The notes under the pieces were generated by a model. That model was not told the DNA's origin and did not search any database. It was given only the letters and a program-made list of their open reading frames with translations. The translations under genes were made by a program, and so were the position numbers. A DNA stretch of 63,960 bases, counting the filler, from Reclinomonas americana ATCC 50394 (lineage: Eukaryota): the NCBI GenBank assembly GCA_048213135.1. It is 14 parts of 14 records of this genome, joined end to end, with 100 filler letters (N's around TTAATTAATTAA, not from the genome) between each part and the next. Parts side by side here need not be neighbours in the genome. Positions count along the whole stretch, not along the records: positions 50,391 to 63,960 come from AFZH01019737.1; 13 more parts are not named here. One strand, 5' to 3'. Positions 52,092-62,851 of the stretch are shown here, one piece after another (the stretch's first letter is position 1; every line of letters starts with the position of its first letter).

Positions 52092-55000
52092 ATGGTGTCG
52101 TATCCAAAGACCGATTTGTTGTGGACATTGGCATTGTCCATGATGCTCGCACGCCGCACTGTCCCGACCTTCGCGCGTGTGTTCACGGTGTTTATGATGC
52201 ACAATAGAGCTGAGCTTGGCAGCAGAACCTTTCCTTCCCCCACTCGACACCAGCGTGTTTATGCACCAGAGGCTGCGCGAAGCGCTTCCTTGGTGGAGAG
52301 TGGTGTTGAAGGACGTCGACTCTCCTCGTCTGCTCGCAGTGATAGAGTAGGGGATGAGAGTGGAATGGAAGCATACGCCTCATCCTTTCCACATTCCGTC
52401 GAAGCGACTCAGTCTGGCAGAAGAGACCTATCTGGACGCAGAGGTACAGAGACTAGTACAGATCGGAGCAATCGAGCTACTAGACAACTCCCGCCACGAC
52501 CACACGCGCTTTCGTCACATCTCGCCCGCATTCTTGATCCCGAAGAAAGGCACGGACAGGCTCAGATTGATCTGCGACTTTTCCGCTCTGTCAACAGCGA
52601 TAGAGATTCCTCACCACAAGTTCGCCACACTCAAGGAGGTAGCGAAGATGTTGAGGCCACGCTGTTGGGCGACAGTGACAGACCTCACAGACGCGTTCTA
52701 CACGATCGCCATTCATCCACAAGACAGAGACTTCTTCGTGGTGCAGGTCGGGAAACACATGTTTCGTATGGTGTGCATACCTATGGGGGCTCGCATGATC
52801 CCGGGCATGACTCACACCGTCACGAGCGCGATCGTGGCCTTCTTGCGCAAGACTTACGAGTTCACAGCGTTGACAGTCTATCTGGACGATTTTCTCAGCC
52901 TCGCGCAGTCGCGAGAGGCAGCGGTGTGGCAGCGCGACCTACTCCACCTGTGGCTCAACAGGCTCGGCATTCAGAGGCAGGAGCGCAAGGGCGTGTATCA
53001 CCCACAACAGAGGGTACAGTACTTGGGACTGATGCTCGATCTAACACAGATGCCTTACTTCGAGGTGCCGCCGGACGTGCTCGACGAGACGGAGGCGGTG
53101 GCAACAGCGCTGCTGAAGTACGTATCGCACAACAACGGCAGAGTGGAGGCACGCAGATTGGCACGTATGGTCGGCAAGGCACAGTCATTGTCGCTGGCAG
53201 TGCCGCAGACCAAGCAGATGCTGAGAGAGTTGTACAACTCACTGGCGGCTTCGCCACGCACACTTTCACAGGCGAAGAGGTGGACTCATCACGTGACACT
53301 GACCGCGGACGCGCTGGACGACTTGCGATTTTGGTGCACTCTGCGTCAGCAGGTAACACGCAGAAGAGCAGTGACACCGTCTTTCACTTCGGGTTTGAGG
53401 GTCACAACGGACAGCTCGGGACACGCATTCGCCGCAGTGCTCACGGGCACGGAGTCACAGCAGACGCAGGTTATCTCGGGTCCGTGGGTCGGCAGCAGCA
53501 AGGAGCTGCACATCGGCCTCAAGGAGGCACTCGCACTGCACGCGGGCGTGGCGACCTTCGCCGATCAGTTACAGGATCGACGAGTTCTTCTCCTCACCGA
53601 CAACGCAGGGGTGGAGGCGGCGATGCGGTCTGGAGCCTCGCGCAGCCCGGAGTTACTCCGCATCATCAAGGACACGTGGCGGGTTCTGGCCATCAACAAC
53701 ATCATGTGGACCGTGGCGAGAGTGCCGACGCACCTCAACGTCGCGGACGCACCGAGCAGGCAGTGGGACCGCTTCGCGTGGTCACTGAGCGACCAGGCGT
53801 ACAGCAACATCGTCGAGAGGTTCGGCAAGCCCGACATCGACTTGTTCGCGGACCAGCACAACCGGAAGGTGTCGCGGTTCTGCACACTGGAGCAGCACCC
53901 GGAGGCAGTCGCTCGCGACTGCTTCACACTGCCTTGGACCGACACGCTGAGCTACGCGTGTTGTCCGTGGCCGGTGATTTGGCGGTGCTTGCACCACTTC
54001 GACGAGACAGCGAGACCACACTCTCGGCTGATTCTCATCACGCCGCTGTGGCCGAGCCAGCACTGGTTCGGCAGCGTGAGGGCAAGAGCGGTGGACGCAC
54101 TGCTGCTGCCCGACAACTCGGCCGTTCCGACACACTTGCGCTATCGCAAGCTACGGATCGAGCCACAGGCCAACAGCCGGACGCGGCTGGTGGCCTGGCT
54201 ACTGGTGCCGATGCCGCACAAGCAGTAGCAAGGGCGTGGAGTCTGCCACCTCGGAGAGTTGCATTCAAGAGGGGGCAGCAGTTCACGCTAGATGATGTGG
54301 TGTCGGCAGCGTTACAGCCGGACACTCGTCGAGCGTACCACGGTGTGGTGCGGCGGGCCGAGAAGGCGGGTGTTACGTTTAAATTTCCGGCGACACCGAC
54401 TGCCTTGGCGGGGTATGTACTGCGTCTGCTCAATCAGGGACTCCAGTACGCCACCATCAAGTTCAACATCAACGCCTTGGCGTCGTACCACCGCGATTGT
54501 TTCCCAGAAGTCGATCCACCGACGCAGCATGTGTTGGTGAAGAGCGCACTTGTAGGGGCGAAGGCCATTCGGCTGGAGCAGAATCTGGATGTTGGCAGTG
54601 CGCTTTCAACGGGGAGAGAGGTGGACGACGTTCGTGTGCGTCCACTTGATCCGCGACTCATCAGTTGCTGTCTGCGCTCGGTCAAGTTGGGCTTGCACAA
54701 GCGGTGGGGAGTGTTGCGTATCCGCACCGTTGCCACCACGTTGATTGGCTTCTTTTTGATGATGCGGCCGGTTACGTTTTTGGCGCTGCGTGGAACTGAC
54801 TTGCAGAAGACCTCAACGGGTGGTGTGCGTGTCGACATGAGTTGGGAGAAGCCGAGCTCGAGGGCAAGGAGCGTTGATGCTTCTACCAGGCCTCGGCCGG
54901 TGACACTACATTGTGCGCCGCAGTATTTGCGGGATTTTCTCTTGCAGGTGGCAAGCGACGCGGGACTGGAGACACTGTTTCCGTCTGTGTCGCACGACGA

Positions 55001-55349
55001 TGCCAAGTGGAACAAGACTCGTGGCATGTTCAACGTGCAGTTGCAGGCATTGTGGAACTCGGTGGCGGAGCAGCTGGAGCCGGGCGTGGACCGGAGATAC
55101 TCCGCTCGGTCACTCAGGTGCGGTGGGGCTACGGCCGCCAACGCGCTTGGTGTAGAAGCTACGCAGCTGAACTCGGTGGCTGGGTGGAAGTCTGACGATA
55201 CTCATCGTTTGTACATCAGAAATGATGTGCCACCACCAGGTCGGCTTGTGGCTGAGGTGTTTGCCGCCGTCTATTCGCGTGTTCGTCCCCTCGAGCAGGC
55301 GACGGCGGTGGACGATGGGCCAGACGACTGTGTCATTTGTGATGGCTAA
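52092..55349 (+). CDS. Tyrosine recombinase ORF (YR domain about 54280-55260) with a long N-terminal part overprinting pol
   Basis: Core-binding ALQPDTRRAY, GFFLMMRP (catalytic R), YSARSLRCGGATAA, AGWKS and RLYIR (catalytic Y). Confidence 0.88.
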   Translation: MVSYPKTDLLWTLALSMMLARRTVPTFARVFTVFMMHNRAELGSRTFPSPTRHQRVYAPEAARSASLVESGVEGRRLSSSARSDRVGDESGMEAYASSFPHSVEATQSGRRDLSGRRGTETSTDRSNRATRQLPPRPHALSSHLARILDPEERHGQAQIDLRLFRSVNSDRDSSPQVRHTQGGSEDVEATLLGDSDRPHRRVLHDRHSSTRQRLLRGAGRETHVSYGVHTYGGSHDPGHDSHRHERDRGLLAQDLRVHSVDSLSGRFSQPRAVARGSGVAARPTPPVAQQARHSEAGAQGRVSPTTEGTVLGTDARSNTDALLRGAAGRARRDGGGGNSAAEVRIAQQRQSGGTQIGTYGRQGTVIVAGSAADQADAERVVQLTGGFATHTFTGEEVDSSRDTDRGRAGRLAILVHSASAGNTQKSSDTVFHFGFEGHNGQLGTRIRRSAHGHGVTADAGYLGSVGRQQQGAAHRPQGGTRTARGRGDLRRSVTGSTSSSPHRQRRGGGGDAVWSLAQPGVTPHHQGHVAGSGHQQHHVDRGESADAPQRRGRTEQAVGPLRVVTERPGVQQHRREVRQARHRLVRGPAQPEGVAVLHTGAAPGGSRSRLLHTALDRHAELRVLSVAGDLAVLAPLRRDSETTLSADSHHAAVAEPALVRQREGKSGGRTAAARQLGRSDTLALSQATDRATGQQPDAAGGLATGADAAQAVARAWSLPPRRVAFKRGQQFTLDDVVSAALQPDTRRAYHGVVRRAEKAGVTFKFPATPTALAGYVLRLLNQGLQYATIKFNINALASYHRDCFPEVDPPTQHVLVKSALVGAKAIRLEQNLDVGSALSTGREVDDVRVRPLDPRLISCCLRSVKLGLHKRWGVLRIRTVATTLIGFFLMMRPVTFLALRGTDLQKTSTGGVRVDMSWEKPSSRARSVDASTRPRPVTLHCAPQYLRDFLLQVASDAGLETLFPSVSHDDAKWNKTRGMFNVQLQALWNSVAEQLEPGVDRRYSARSLRCGGATAANALGVEATQLNSVAGWKSDDTHRLYIRNDVPPPGRLVAEVFAAVYSRVRPLEQATAVDDGPDDCVICDG
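52261..54228 (+). CDS. DIRS pol: reverse transcriptase, RNase H, DAM-like methyltransferase domain (in-frame TAG at 52348-52350; open from 52354)
   Basis: RT: FLIPKKG, LRLICDF, DLTDAFY, PMG, VYLDDFL, YLGL. RNase H: TTDSS, HIGLKE, TDN, NVADAPSR. MT: IDLFA..N.K, DCFTLPW, LITPLWPSQHWF. Confidence 0.92.
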
Positions 55350-55515
55350 GTGACGTACTCTGTGTTTGTTTGTGTCGTGCGTGGCCTGTGTAGTGGGGGT
55401 GGGCTTGAATCGTGTCTGTGATAGTGCATGTGGTGTATGTGCTTCGTGTTCACTGTTTTTATGTTCACACTCCTGCTTTTGTCATCATTTTCTTTGTTTG
55501 TTGTTTCCAGATCCT

Positions 55516-56619
55516 TCCCGTCATTGTGTTGACTCTGATCGTTCACTGTTGAAATCCAGATTTCCACTGTTGGAATATCATATGATCATGGTTTCATAAG
55601 TGAAAATAGAAAATACGATCGGAGTCTTACACACTCCTCTTGTTTTTCACTTTCTTTCCTGTTGAGCCCTCCCTCCCACCCGGTTTGTGAACGTCTTGAG
55701 TCAACACTGCCGTTTTTCTATTTCTTTGCGTCGTCGACCGTTACTTGTACTGCTTGTTGCACTTGTTGGTTGGTGGCACTGTCGGAAGTGGAGTGGTGGT
55801 GTTGGGAGGAGTACGGAGGAATGGCTGTGTGGTGCAACCCGGCCGTTTGGGTGGATGCGAAGGAGCTGCCTCTCTACCTCGTCTTTAATTCTCCATCGTG
55901 TTTCTCTTTCTTCTCTATTGAGCTTCCTGCATGTGTGTGTGCGAGGTGCCTCTGCAACATCTGCGTCTTTCTTTTGATCGAGTTTCCGCTGTGTTGTATG
56001 TGTTAAGGGGAAGGGTTAATGTGTAAGAGTGAGACGGGTAGTTTGCGCTATGTGGTGGGAGAGTCTGTGTTATGACTTGTGACAACTTTGCGATATTTCT
56101 TATTTGTATTTCGCTATTTCTTGCCTTTGCTGTGCCACTTCGTTTGTTGGCGCTTGTCTGCTGTCATGTCATCTCTTGGTTCGCTTGTGTGGTGGTTGCG
56201 AGGGATGTGGGTTTGCGGTTCAGCGCTTGACCTTCGCTTCTGAATGCAGGGTCTGTCTCTTGTCGATTGCTTGAGACGACGGAGGGTGGCGCGGCACCCG
56301 TGGTGGCACCGTCATTATCTGGAGCATGTTCGCCTGCATGAGAGCATTGCTTCCAGAATTGAGCGCTGGATCGTGAATCTCCATTCTTTCTCCTCTCTCC
56401 TCCCTGCGTTTTCCTCGATGGTGGTGTGCTACGTGCGGCCATTGGCATTACTGGTCACGGCGACTGCGGTCGTTTTGGCTTCTACGTTATCTGCTTTTGC
56501 ATTATCTTCACTATTGGAAGTTTTTGTCTCTCTCGCTCGGGTCTTGCTTTAACCGAGGCTCGAAAAGAAACCAAGTGAACTCCCGTCATTGTGTTGACTC
56601 TGATCGTTCACTGTTGAAA
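55516..56619 (+). repeat. Exact 39-bp direct repeat (55516-55554 and 56581-56619)
   Basis: TCCCGTCATTGTGTTGACTCTGATCGTTCACTGTTGAAA occurs twice downstream of the YR ORF. Confidence 0.9.
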
Positions 56620-56866
56620 CGTCTTGAGCGCCTTCCTCGGCGTTTGCGAGTGCGACGAGCATGCCATGTGCAACTGACTGGACGAGATTGGACTCTGTTG
56701 TGTCGTCAATGAATTCAAGCAAGAGCCGCAACAAATGCGACGACGACGACGAGCCACGGCCACCCTCGCGATCGACAGGCACCACATACACATCCTCACG
56801 CTGATGCGCAGGAGGGTCACTCGAACTTGAGCCAGCTGCGGCGCTGGCACTTGCGCTCATTAATGC

Positions 56867-57312
56867 GCACATTGTGAGCGGCAGTGATGACAAGACTGTA
56901 CGGGTGTGGTCGGTGGCAAGCGGCGAGGAGGTGCGCCGACTGGAAGGCCACACGAGTGGGGTGTATGCAGTGGCAGTGACTGCCGATGGCCAGCACATTG
57001 AGTGGCAGTTGGGACGTCGCCAAGATTGTACGGGTGTGGTCGGTGGCACGTGGCGCCGAGGTGCACCGACTTGAAGGCCACACGGATTGCGTGCGGGCAG
57101 TGGCAGTGACACCCGATGGCCAGCACATTGTGAGTGGCGGTGATGACAAGACTGTACGGGTGTGGTCCTCGCCGCGCGGTCTTGCCGCATCCGAACTCTC
57201 GGCCGCACATGTACAGTCGGCATTGCTGGCCGCCCGTCGGTTGTACGGAATGCCCATCTTGCTTAGCAACAGAGCCTATAATGGTACAGCCCGGGCTCAC
57301 GTCGCCAACTAG
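56867..57312 (+). pseudogene. Frameshifted high-identity WD40 repeat fragment (HET-E/NWD-like)
   Basis: IVSGSDDKTVRVWSVASGEEVRRLEGHTSGVYAVAVTADGQHI units start at 56867, 56993 and 57123. The spacing of 126 then 130 nt means a frameshift. Confidence 0.8.
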
Positions 57313-57420
57313 GTTACTGGTGCAGTGGAGCGCATCGATGGTATTCAGACATACGGGAGATTGCCCTCAGCCTTCATGACGTGGTCTTCTTCGTCGTCTT
57401 GCGTGCCACCTCAACTCACC

Positions 57421-58426
57421 TCACATCATTCCTCCCGCCGCCTCGTCACCGCCGTCAACAGGTGCGCGGTCATCAAAGTGCGGCAGGCGATCGCTCTTGT
57501 GGCCGGCCACCAACTCGCGCGTGTGCTGGAGAAGCGCAATCACGCGATCGAGGCGACCTGAAGGAGAGAGAGAGAGGATGAGAGACACAAGAGAGAGGAG
57601 CTCGGTGCGCGATTTCGCAAACCGAGAATCTCTGGCTTCTCCGGCCAATGGTCGAGGTTGATCAGTGCCTCGAGATGTCCGATGGCGCCCTTGGCAGTGT
57701 ATCGGGTGAACTCGTAGTCGGCGGCCATGAAGCCGTCGGTGCGCTGGAGCAGGAGAAAGAGAGAAGAGAGGGAGAGGCAGGGCATTAGAGAGAAGCGAGC
57801 GAAAAGATAGACCAGAGTAAAGTGATGAGGAACGTGGGACCAAGACAGGTACAAAGGCAGAAGTGTGACTGAAAGAGAGAGAAAGTGGAGCGAGCAGAGA
57901 GAAAGAGAGAAAGAGAGAAAGAGTCTCAGCAGGACTAGCATCTCATGCATCGGAGCATGCAGAGGCAGCGCCAAGCCACAGAAAGTGAGAATTCTTAAGT
58001 AGGCATCTTCGACGCCACAGAGAGTTCACCTTGTACGTGTCGTAGATGGTGTGATCCAAGGCGAAGACGTTCTTTGGCATGCTGTAAGGCAAGCCGCTTC
58101 GTGTCAGCATGCACACACACTCTCTGACAAGCGTCCGTTTCGTCAGACTCACAACGAGAACACCACGCTCATTCGCGGTTCCGGGGCCCACTTCACCGGC
58201 GTCACGCGATGAACGATCTCCGACTGCATTGATCATCATTCAGTTTCCGTTGCACACACATGAACAAGCAACGAGCGCGAAATAAAATCAAGAACAATGA
58301 CGACGTGAGAGTGTCCCACCACAGCGACCACCTTGAGAACAAATCTGGTTGAGATTGAACGCCAGAACATCAAGAAAAGACAAAGAGAGTGACACCAATC
58401 CACCCAACGACGCAGTCTCCGATAGG

Positions 58427-58469
<43 letters not shown>

Positions 58470-59430
58470 GCTCTTACGGATCATGCAAACTCAACTCCCT
58501 GCATAAACACGCCCCAGCCAGTCGTCGGATACCTGCCAGACACACGCACATATAAGCATCCTCTAAAGCTTCCTCTCAATCACCCTCACGCACTTGACCA
58601 CCAGCAGGTCCTCCAGAGCCACCTGGTCGTCCCTTCCGTGTAGTTTGCGGAACCCGCCCGCCCGCGTGCTCTTGATGAGCTGCAGTTCGCCACCCTCGGC
58701 ACCCTCAAAGTTCGACAGGATGCACACACACACGTACGACACCGAGTCCGCGTGCCACGGGTCCACGTGACGATCGAGTCCAATCTGCCCAATATTGGTG
58801 TGGCAGTCGTTGAGGGGCAGAGCGTGCGCCACGAGCTCTTCGCCCGCCAGCTGGCTAAAGAAGCGGGCAATGCGCGGGCTCCGGGCCAGGTCGCGCACAA
58901 ACTTGGAGCGGTAGGAGAGGCCACGAATGGAGGACTGCGAGCGGGTGGGGGAGTGTAAGCGCGAAAAGGGAAGGGGGAAGGAGGGGGGGAGGGAAGGGGG
59001 AGGGAGGGGGGAGGAGGGGGAGTAGGAAACGACCCTTGACCCTGCACGCAACAGGCTGCCGGTAGTTGCCACGGGCCAGCGCGCTCTCCCGATCGACCAC
59101 GGCGCGAAGAACGCGCACACCCTCTGCCGACAGGAACTGGAAGGGCAGCGAGAAGGCCAATGGGCCGGCCGACGTAGTGCGCTCCACAGGATCGACAGGC
59201 GGGATACGGTCGTGCTCTGCAAAGTCGCCGAGAGTCACCACTCGAGGCAGAGGCGAGTCTGCGCATCAATTCGGGAAAGAAACAGTAAGTGAACATACAC
59301 GACAATACGCGTTAATGAGTGAAAAGATAAAACTCACCGTCCCGGAGCAACAGGTGCACGTCAGGGTCGAACGCTGGCTCGTCAGGGCTCTCTTCTGCGC
59401 ACGAGGTGAGCGTGAGAGTGGCCACAGATG
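57421..59430 (-). CDS. 2OG-Fe(II) dioxygenase-domain protein (multi-exon; 5' end uncertain, possibly extending to about 60850)
   Basis: FDPDVHL, PFQFLSAEGVRVLR, CHTNIG, VDPWHADSVSYVCV (HxD), GGELQL and MQG|SEIVHRVTPV..PRMSVV (distal His and RxS). Confidence 0.8.
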
Positions 59431-60294
59431 ATGATGCTACTGAGCACTCGAATTCACCGGTGCACCTGCCTCCCTCTCTCTTCTCCCCCCTTTCTTTTCT
59501 CCACCTTCACCACTCGTGTTTTCTCTCTGTCTCTGATTGCTTGTTGAGAGAGAAGTGCACAAGTGGGAAGAAAGAGACGGAGGGAGGAGACGATAGAGCA
59601 GGAGACGAGAGTGCAGTAGGAAGAAAGGAGAGAGAAAGTATAAGAATGGGAGAGAGAGAGAGAGAGAGAGCAGGAACGCGACGGGAACAAGAAAGAGACA
59701 TAAGAGGCAATGGTTCAGGAGGAGAGGCGACAAGGAGACGGAGAAGAGCAGCAGATGAGGAGAGGGAGTCTAGGACAACAAGAGAAGAGATATCGATAGT
59801 CGGCGGAGACAGGGAAGAATTGGAGAAGTGAAGAAGAGCAAAAGCAGGAGTAGAAAGAGAGAATGTGCGAAAACAAGAGCAGTACAATCGAGAGGGGAAA
59901 GAGGTAAGGAGGGAAAACTGACGACGGCAGCGGCGGACCGAGAAGGCATGACAGAAAATAGACGGGCAAGTGAAAAGGAGTGAGCGAGTGTGAGTACGTG
60001 TGTGTGTAACAGAGAAAGAGAGAGAAAGAGTATCATACGTCTGGAGGAAACAGTTTAGAGGAAGCAAGCGACGAAAGATGGGTTGCAGCGCAGCATATGA
60101 GAAGGAGAGACAACCGAATGAGCAACAGAGAAGGGGTGAATGATTTTGTGTGCTGAGAAGAAGGGAGAGGGGAGTGAAAGACAGGGGGAAAGGAAAGAAT
60201 GGGGTCACGAGAGACGCAAGAAGAAAGCGGTAAATGCCATCACAATCGTCCCCATCTCTCTCGCCAGCGGTCATGACATTGATCCATCATTTCA

Positions 60295-60343
<49 letters not shown>

Positions 60344-60872
60344 GCACGAAGAGTTGCACAAGCATCATCAATATTCACGCTTTCCCGCAAACCACACACA
60401 CTCGCTACCACCCTCCCCTCTTCTCTCTCGCCTTTCCTCTCTCCCACACTCACCCAGCAGGCCGCCGGGGATCACCGGCGGCGCCGCCTTGGGGAAGGGC
60501 AGCACATAGTCACTCTCGTAGGGTGCCGGAACAAAAGCATCGGCTGCCACGTCGAGCTCTGCGCGCCCCAAAGCCACAGATCAACAGGCAACATGGGTGA
60601 CGACAACAGAGAAGGTGTTGGGACCTTCAAACGACATGTGGTGCTCCTCGGCAGTGGCGTTGGCGGCCTGCATTCTCTCGCACTGTGGTAGATTCGAGTT
60701 ACGGATCGGAAATACGGATGCCGGAGTTGTCGACGTCCTACTGCAGAGCTGTGGGGTGTGGCACAAACGAGCAGCAAGTCGGTTGCGCGAGGCAACATCG
60801 CGTCCAATCAGTGCTGTCGTCGTCACACCAAAATCAAACGATCCCATGGGCACGGCAGAAACCGCAGGTCGC

Positions 60873-61101
60873 TGTCACACCCCTCCAGTCACAGACCCAG
60901 AGCGCATCCCATGCCTACGACTTCAGAGAGACCCGAGTTCGGCTTAGCTCCACTGAAGTCTCGTCCTTTTACAGACTCCTGTGTCCTCCCCTCACTCAAC
61001 TGCCAGCCGTCACCACTCTGGTCACTACAATTGCGACCTTCGGTCGGCTCACTGACTGCTGCCACACTGACTACCTCCAAACGATGCACCCCATCATGAC
61101 T
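60873..61101. repeat. Degenerate LTR-like repeat, copy 1
   Basis: Starts TGTCACACC. 60912-61100 is highly similar to 62682-62850. Ends CATCATGACT. Confidence 0.6.
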
Positions 61102-62510
61102 TAAGGTTCGACTTCATTTTACATGCCTCTGCTTGACAGGCTCCCGCAACGGGGCCGGTCATGCTCGTGACCAGCCCATTTCCATCCTCTTGGCGTGTGT
61201 GCGGCTCAGCTGGTCACGTGCAGACCGCTCCGCAGCACCGCTGCCAGCGCCCGCACCTGCGCTTCCACGGCCGTCGAGCGTACCAACACGTCGCTCTCAT
61301 CACGGGAGGAACGGCTCCGCCTGCATGCGCACCGAGTCGTGGAACATGTTCCCCGCAACCGCACAGGCAGTCCAACGACGCCAGCGCCAACGCCAGCGCT
61401 CCCGTGCAATCACAGCGCTCGTGTTCCGCGGGTGCGTCGGTGCCGCCAGGCCTAGGTCACGCGTACGGATCAACGTCTCCGTAACCGTGCGCAAACCGAT
61501 CGTCTGCACCATGCCGCCGGCCAGCGCTACCGCCTGCGCCTGCAATTCCATGTCACCGCGCGAACCACTGTTCTCGCTCGTATCGCAGATGCCTCGGCAC
61601 CACTGTGCTGGCGGAAGCGGCCACCCAGACCGCTCGCCTCACACACCGCTACGTCCTCGCACACACGCCTCCTCTCGGACTCGCCATTCCAGAGTGCTCC
61701 AGTTCCACCGGCATCGCACCGCGTGTCACACACCATGCGCTTCGCCACACTGGGACAGCCGGTTGTACACTCGTATCACAGTACCGTATGGCCCATTCGC
61801 CCAGTTCCGAGCCATGCCCACACGCAGGCACGGTACACAGCGTCACTCTGGACCAGCCAAGGAGGTGTTTGCGCTACTCGCCGCACGCACTCCCGCACCC
61901 ACTGTTGTACTTGAGTCCGCAAACCGTCGCAAAGGAAGCCAATCATAGTCCCGCCATCCAAAGAAACTATTGTACACGAGCACAGTCGGCGATTGGCGCA
62001 CCAAACGCTGCAATGAAAGCAGCCAAACAGCAGTAGTGCACCGCGGCCATTCATGGTCGCCACTCAATACATCACTGGTAGGGGCAGGGTAAACCCCTCC
62101 GAAAAAAACCTGCCTCCTCTGTCTCGGTGATGGGAGATGTGCTCCAACAAGGCACAAAAGGGCCCCCACACCATCAACGACAGGCAATTCCCCGTAGGAG
62201 AATGCAATACAGCAGCAGCACCACATAATTGTACACCAATGTACACCGTCCATGTCAACACACTGACACCACTCGTTGGCTCACGAACACGACTCCAGCA
62301 CCGTCAATTGACTCCGGTTCCACGCAAAAGACGACACCACGTCTGAGCGCCGACACAGTGCTGATCAACAAGCGCTTGGCCTGCCAGTGCACATCACCAC
62401 CAAGGTGCTAACGAATTCCGCACCCAGTCGTCACATGAGTCGTCACACTCGGTGCCAACGAAGTCCAACATTCTCCGTGATCCACAAACATTGCAGTAAC
62501 CACTGGTCAC

Positions 62511-62851
62511 TGTCACACCACGGCTGCGCGCGGGTTGGGTGGGTGATCACCACAGTAGAGTACCGACCAGGTGGCTTGCTCTCCGAAGAGAGGAAGCCAA
62601 CAGAAGCGAACCGAAAGGAGAGGACACAAGAGTCATCTTGTCCTCGACTTCGTGTTCGCCGCTCTCCTCTCTCCCACTCTTTGTCTACGACTTCAGAGAC
62701 ACCCGAGGTCGGCTTAGCACCACTGAAGTCTCGTCCTTATACAGACTCTTGTGTCCTCTCCTCACTCAACTGCCAGCCGTCACCACTCTGGTCACTACAA
62801 TTGCGACCTTCGGTCGGTGACTACCTCCGTACGATGCACCCCATCATGACA
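62511..62851 (-). mobile_element. LTR-like repeat, copy 2 (341 bp, TGTCA...TGACA termini)
   Basis: Perfect 5-bp inverted termini. On the minus strand it is preceded by purine-rich AGGATGGCGGGACTAAGGG (PPT-like). No TSD or PBS found. Confidence 0.55.

Larger units (their letters stand above)
52092..56628 (+). mobile_element. DIRS-order (tyrosine recombinase) retrotransposon; left end and gag not found
   Basis: RT-RNaseH-methyltransferase ORF plus an overlapping tyrosine recombinase ORF. It is intronless and has a T-rich 3' tail with 39-bp direct repeats. Confidence 0.9.

Noticed and set aside
52354..54228. RT as a prokaryotic retron, DGR or group II intron, or part of a defence system
   Set aside because: The RT-RNaseH-MT order with an overlapping YR is diagnostic of eukaryotic DIRS retrotransposons.
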